Part shown: piece after piece, positions 58,449 through 64,000 of the stretch
Layout of the letters: each line of letters starts with the position of its first letter
Position numbering within the stretch: the first letter of the stretch is position 1
NCBI RefSeq assembly: GCF_964213995.1
Contig: NW_027590156.1
Location: forward strand, 186,001-250,000
Reading direction: 5' to 3'
DNA length: 64,000 nucleotides
DNA from: Mustelus asterias
Taxonomy: Eukaryota
Made by a program: the position numbers and the translations under genes
Notes under the pieces: model-generated
The model's database searches: none
The model's input: the letters and a program-made list of their open reading frames with translations, nothing else
What the model was told of the DNA's origin: nothing

Positions 58449-60562
58449 CTATTCTCATCGACCCTCCTCTTGTTTAAACTGGGACAGATGAATAGGTGAA
58501 GCCGTCAACCACTTCATCTCTGAACTTTTTGTGTTGTTGAGCAATCATCCTCTGGGGCTGCAGCAGTGGTGCCAGGAGAGTCACTCCCTACATCATCTGC
58601 AATGTGATCGCATTGCGATTTGCTGAAAGTTCCTATTTTTTTAAAACATCGACTTTTTGCGAATTTTAATAAAATGCCCTTCAGCAAACCGGTAAGAATT
58701 CTCACGACACCAGATTAAAGTCCAGCAGGTTTATTTGGAATCACGAGCTTTCGTCGCTCTCGCTGAGGATTCACCACATTGCTCTGCCTTTGACTGAAAG
58801 CAGTAGATGTCTCGTGAATTCCCCGGTATCCTGAGTGTCTGACACTGATTAACACAATGCACTGTTCTTAATGTGAAATTAAGCGGTTTGATTCCATGTG
58901 GAGGATTTACACTTACATACTTCCGGGAAGCTGGTGACATCGTGGTAAAATCAGTGGAGTATGAATCCTGTGGCCCAGGCTCAAACGTCCGGATCCCACC
59001 ACAGTCCAGAACTCAAAATGAAGTGAAAGCTAGTTTCAGTAAAATAAAACAACAAATGCAGTGTGCATAAAGCAAGTTGTAAAACAGGCTGCAAGCTGCT
59101 GCTCTGGTGGTTAGAGTTTGACACTTTCACTGCTGTTTAGATTGCAAGTCAGGAGATGGAGATTTGTTGCTCTGATCCAAACCGTAAAAACAAATGTCAG
59201 TTATTGCCTGGTGGAACATATGAAACCCAATCTCGCCTCGTGTCCTGAAGTGAAGAATGACTAAATTCAACAGGAGGTTTTTTTTGTCATTTCTGGCAGG
59301 ATATTGGGAACCAGACAAGGTTACGGGCAGTTTAAATGGTGCTGGTCCTTCACTGCAGCTCATTCTGTTTCTAACTGGATGGGATTCCAGCTTGTTACAC
59401 AGTTCAGGGTGAATTTATTCAGTGAAGGAGCAGGCTCAAGCCAACTGATGGACTTTCGCAGCTCCTTTGCTGCTAATGGATTTCAGTAACAATATCAGTA
59501 AAGGGCACAATTGCTTACGTGGTAGCTGAGCCGAGTCATGTAAACCGGTGGATTAAGGTCCAGTCCCTACGGAGTCGTTGGTTCGATTGCAGCCACTGCT
59601 AGAATGGATTTGGATTTTGGTCCAAGCAGCTGAAGTCCAGCATTTCAGTTTGAATGTAGGAGTTTGTGCCGTGTCACTTTTGGCATGAAGAAAGAGGAAC
59701 GACAGAGCAATGTAAACAGTTGTTGAGGTAAAGGAACGAGTGTGGAAGGACTGGAGCAAATTATCGTGGATTCTGGAATCAGAAACAAAGAGAGAAAATG
59801 CTGGAAAATCTCACCAGGTCTGGCAGCATCTGTAAGGAGTGAAGAAAGTTGACATCTCGAGTCCAGATGGCCCTTTGTCAAATCTGGGAGGAGTGGAGTT
59901 GCTTCGATAGAGAATACAAACGGGAACACCGGTTGAATGGCTCTCTGTCGAAATAAACAACAGGATTGCAAACATTGAGACTGCAGTCCCGGCCCAGGGG
60001 ATGGATTGGGATTTTCAAACTGAGGTTCAAATCCTGCCATGTGCGCTTCCCGTCATTCCTCATTGTGATTTTTCTTTTATTGAAGGTTATTGGAAATGAA
60101 GCAATGGGTGCAGAGATGATCAACTCATTGCAAATCTCTCACATCAGCGTCACTGAGGGTCCAGTAATCAGCGTCGGCGCCGTGACGTGGTTTCGATTTC
60201 CAGTCACGGAGTGAATAACTTTTTGTTCATTTCTTCATTTAATAAAAACAAGGCTCACAGCGTCTGTGAAGGGAGCAACATCTAAATCTTTCAGCTGGAT
60301 GAACTTGTATCAGAGCTGGAAAAGTCAGAGATGTAACATTAACGATAAACTCTGAAGAAGAACCACATGACACACACAAGATACATGTCAAGTACATACA
60401 CAATACACATGCCAAATCATGTCACTTTCAAGTTGTGTCTTTTAACTTCCTGCTCTCCACCTCAGACATTTCCACATTCATCAAAAACCTCCGACCTCAA
60501 ACTCCATCCTGGTCCTCTATCCACTGATAATGCTACACTTATGGGGCACGTGAGCAGCATTT

Positions 60563-60635
60563 GGCTCCAGAGCTCAGTGGTTAGACCACTGGTCTTGTAA
60601 AGCAGGCGTCGCGAGTTCAATTCTCGCTGGAGCCA
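60563..60635 (+). tRNA. tRNA-Thr(TGT), near-intact, possibly pseudogene
   Basis: 73 nt ggctccagagctcagtggttagaccactggtcttgtaaagcaggcgtcgcgagttcaattctcgctggagcca; U8, D-stem and anticodon-stem mismatches; no T4 terminator immediately downstream. Confidence 0.85.
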
Positions 60636-60839
60636 GTAGCAAAATTTAGCTGTTAGAAGCTGTAGGTGAGGGACTGGGAAACGAAATAGAGAGCTTTGAT
60701 GAGTGGAGGCTCAGATCGGGTTTAACTTTGGTAAGCGAATTGATATTCCCTCCTTGGTAAAAAAAAATAGAAAGAGCACGACATCTGTGAAGAGATGGAA
60801 AAAAATAAATGTCGATATTAAGAATAGGATAGTTGCGTT

Positions 60840-62065
60840 TTGTACAAGGAATGCATAAAGCGAGCATGTAGGTGCAAGCAATGATTAAAAGGGAAGTTAC
60901 ATTTTGGTCTTTATTGTCGGCAGACTGGGGTCCAAGAATAACGAGGTGTTGCTGCAGTTCATAGAAATCATAGAAACCCTACAGTGCAGGAGGAGGCCAT
61001 TCGGCCCATCGAGTCTGCACCGACCACAATCCCACCCAGGCCCTACCCCCCACATATTGACCCGCTAATCCCTCTAACCTACGCATCTTAGGACTCTAAG
61101 GGGCAATTTTTAACCTGGCCAATCAACCTAGCCCGCACATCTTTGGACTATGGGAGGAAAGATGTCCAAAGATGTGCAGGTTAGGTTGATTGGCCAGGTT
61201 AAAAATTGCCCCTTAGAGTCTTGAGATGCGTAGGTTAGAGGGATTAGCGGGTAAATATGTGGGGGTAGGGCCTGGGTGGGATTGTGGTCGGTGCAGACTC
61301 GATGGGCCGAATGGCCTCCTTCTGCACTGTAGGGTTTCTATGATTCCTATGAAACCGGAGCACCCGGAGGAAACCTACACAGACAGGAGGAGAATGTGCA
61401 AACTCCACACAGACAGTGACCCGAGCTGGGAATCGAACCCGGGACCCTGGAGCTGTGAAGCAGCAGTGCTAACCACTGCGCTACAGTTGCACAGGGTTTT
61501 GTTGATACCACATGTTGAATATTCTGTGCAGATATGATATTCACATTTAATAAAGGATATGTTTGCATTGGAAACGGTGCAGATAAGGTTCAGCAGATGA
61601 TCCCTGGGATGAGGGAGTTGTCGTATGATGAGAGGCTGAATAAATTGGGCTGAAATTCTCTGGAGTTTGGAAGAATGAGAGGCGATTTCATTCGACCTAC
61701 ACAAGTCTGATTGGGTTTGATAGGTTGGAGGCTGAGAGAGTTTTTCTGCTGGTCGGGAACTCTAACACACGGCAGCAGAGTCTCAGGAAAATGGGCTGAT
61801 CATTTCGGGCTAAGGTAAGGATAAATTACTTCACTGAAATGGTTGTGAACCTTTGGAATGGTCTATGCCAGACAGTTATGGAAGCTCCATCATCGAGTAT
61901 ATTTAAGGTTGGGATAGACAGGTTTCTGGCCTCTCGGGGAATTCAGGCATATGGGGAACTGGTGGAAAAACTGAGTTGTAGCCCAAGATCAGCCATAACG
62001 GTATTGAATGGCGGAACAGACTCGATGGACCAAGTGTCTACTCCTGCTCCGATTTATTGTGTTCA
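60840..62065 (+). mobile_element. Old CR1 fragment hosting nested SINEs
   Basis: LQLHRVLLIPHVEYSVQ; ORF 61839-62162 VVNLWN. Confidence 0.85.
60961..61480. mobile_element. HE1-type SINE (minus) containing an inverted headless SINE (plus, 61161-61350), forming a ~188-bp hairpin
   Basis: 60961-61148 is the near-perfect reverse complement of 61164-61350; gaaa duplicated at 61157-61160 and 61351-61354. Confidence 0.9.
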
Positions 62066-63917
62066 TGTGGATGATCAAACTAGTAATTCATGTTATAATA
62101 AAACGTTCTCAGAAGCTGTTGCGACAAATGTGAAGCAGACAGAGTCAAGGTTCCGAGTCTAATATGACTCTTATTAAACCAGCAACTGAGTGTGAGTTAC
62201 AGCATTGAGCACAATATCGAGACAGGGAATTGAATTGAATCCAGGCAGTGAAAGCCCTGAATTTAAACTCCTGTATTATTTCTGCAGTAGACTTGTTCAG
62301 GAAACGTGCTTGCCAATTGAAAGTGTGGAGGTTTGAGAGCACCCCGAGCCAAATGGACTCGCGCTATTCCTGTTTCTGCTTATATTCCCGACATATATTT
62401 ACTTTGTGCCCTTCTGTAACAGTGAAACATTGTCCAAACTTGGCCAGTCTTGCTGTTATTCATTAAATTACCATACTGTTATGACACAGAGGTTAATCCC
62501 TTTTATCTCACATCATAATCTGGAAAAACTATTTGTGAAGCTGCTAACTGTTCTTAATTAACGTTCAGAGGCTTATTAATTTTAAAAATGCCTGTTACTC
62601 ACTTTGAGTGAATAATTAACAAGCTATTTGTTTAAATAACCAAGAACTTTAAGTAAACAAGTAACATGTTAATTAAGGTACGGTTCGACTGAAATGCTGT
62701 TCAAATAATACTAGGAACATTCATTACCAAAACTGTACTCACAGAATTTTAGTCACTCTCAAAGAAATTACACAACCAGCTTTGATGGGATTCAGAAGAT
62801 TTTGGAGTCCTTCAGTAGTTGTGCGCAGTCTGTAATGTCTTTCTAACTCCATATCCTTATGTTAGATAGTTTTCTAAAGCGATTTTTAAACTAGCAGGGG
62901 TCGAGAACTGCTGTAGAGACAAATGTTTTTTTGACTGGCTGCCCTGGCCTCTGGAGATGTTCATCCAAGATATTATCTAGAGATGGCTGCTCCTCTGGCC
63001 TGTTTTATCTGCCATGACCTCTCAGTTTTCTTACACCACGATTGGTTTGATGCTGACAACAATAAAAAAATCAAAGCTGATAGGTTCCCTTGAGCTGAGA
63101 GTTTACTTTAAACTCATACGTTGTTAGCTGAGTGTCTTCTTTAATTCAAATCCTAACAGAAAGGAAAAACCTGTGGAGGCTGTTATTAAGTCAACCCTGA
63201 TGTTTGGTCCCTTGCAAACAAATGTTGCAACCTGAAGTCTGTGTGTACTCTACATTTTAGCACAGAACTCAAAAACAGCATTTAAAGGACTGTTTTCTTC
63301 CCTCTAGCATTTTTTACAACTCTTTTATATATTTACAAACATTATTTTGTATGTTCACAAACTCAACTTGAAACTGGCAGATACAAACCGGGGTGCTGGC
63401 TCTCATCTGTTTCTTTTCAGGATGGAATTCGTCTGGTCTTCATGCTCACTGAAGCACCAACACGGCAAGGAGACCATTTGCTGGTTCAATCCATCCGAGT
63501 AGTTCCACGGATCTGTACTGCCCAATAAGACATCGGTGTCCACGCGTGAAGGAGCGAGTCCAATTGAAAAATAGTGTTGAGAAAAATGTCAAGGAGAAAA
63601 AATAAGTGAGGTATGAAGTTTTATTTAACGTGAATTTGAACAGACAGTATATAGAACATGTTTATTTTGTTAGACTATTTGGAATGTGCTGTAAACCCAA
63701 ATAAAATTCGTATATTTGACCAAGCTACGTGTTAAGTTGGTTGTTCAGGAAGAATACTCAATTTCTTCACTCTTCACTCACCTCCTACTCAATTAGAACA
63801 TAGCCTTGTGATGAGTGCATTAATTTCAACATCATGTTTCTCATGAATGGCGATAGTTTTGTCGAGATATATGGTATAAGCGATGATAAAGGAACACGGT
63901 TCCCCCCATCACCAACA

Positions 63918-64000
63918 GTTGGGGCAGTACATTGGCACCGTGCTGCTTCAGAGCGCAGGGACCCATGTTCGAATCATGGCTTGGGTCACTGTCTGTGTGG
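63918..64000 (+). mobile_element. HE1-type SINE 5' part (runs off the window)
   Basis: gctgcttcagagcgcagggaccc..ttcgaatc..ttgggtcactgtctgtgtgg. Confidence 0.75.

Overview
Vertebrate genomic DNA, almost certainly from a shark (HE1-type SINEs, abundant CR1 LINEs and Penelope elements). Positions ~3.5-46 kb are an array of 12 T-cell receptor alpha/delta-type V gene segments, numbered V1-V12 here for reference only. They follow a leader exon + intron + V exon + 23-bp-spacer RSS plan (leader missing in V4 and V9), and I found no D, J or C segment in the window. Three look functional (V2 minus, V5 plus, V12 minus) and nine are pseudogenes; six lie on each strand. Much of the window is retroelement, including one full-length CR1 with open ORF1 and ORF2. 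A C2H2 zinc-finger pseudogene lies to the left. To the right are a 56-bp minisatellite, a hAT/Charlie-type transposon and a decayed tRNA cluster. Most notable: (i) two functional paralogous V genes are each bracketed by an inverted copy of their own promoter core placed just 3' of the RSS; (ii) two V RSSs were split by retroelement insertions, one of which captured a complete RSS; (iii) a V family lacks the canonical first Cys; (iv) a minisatellite is built from 12-RSS-like units; (v) a divergent CTCF motif pair. All coordinates were read by eye, TE boundaries are approximate, and no database searches were run.
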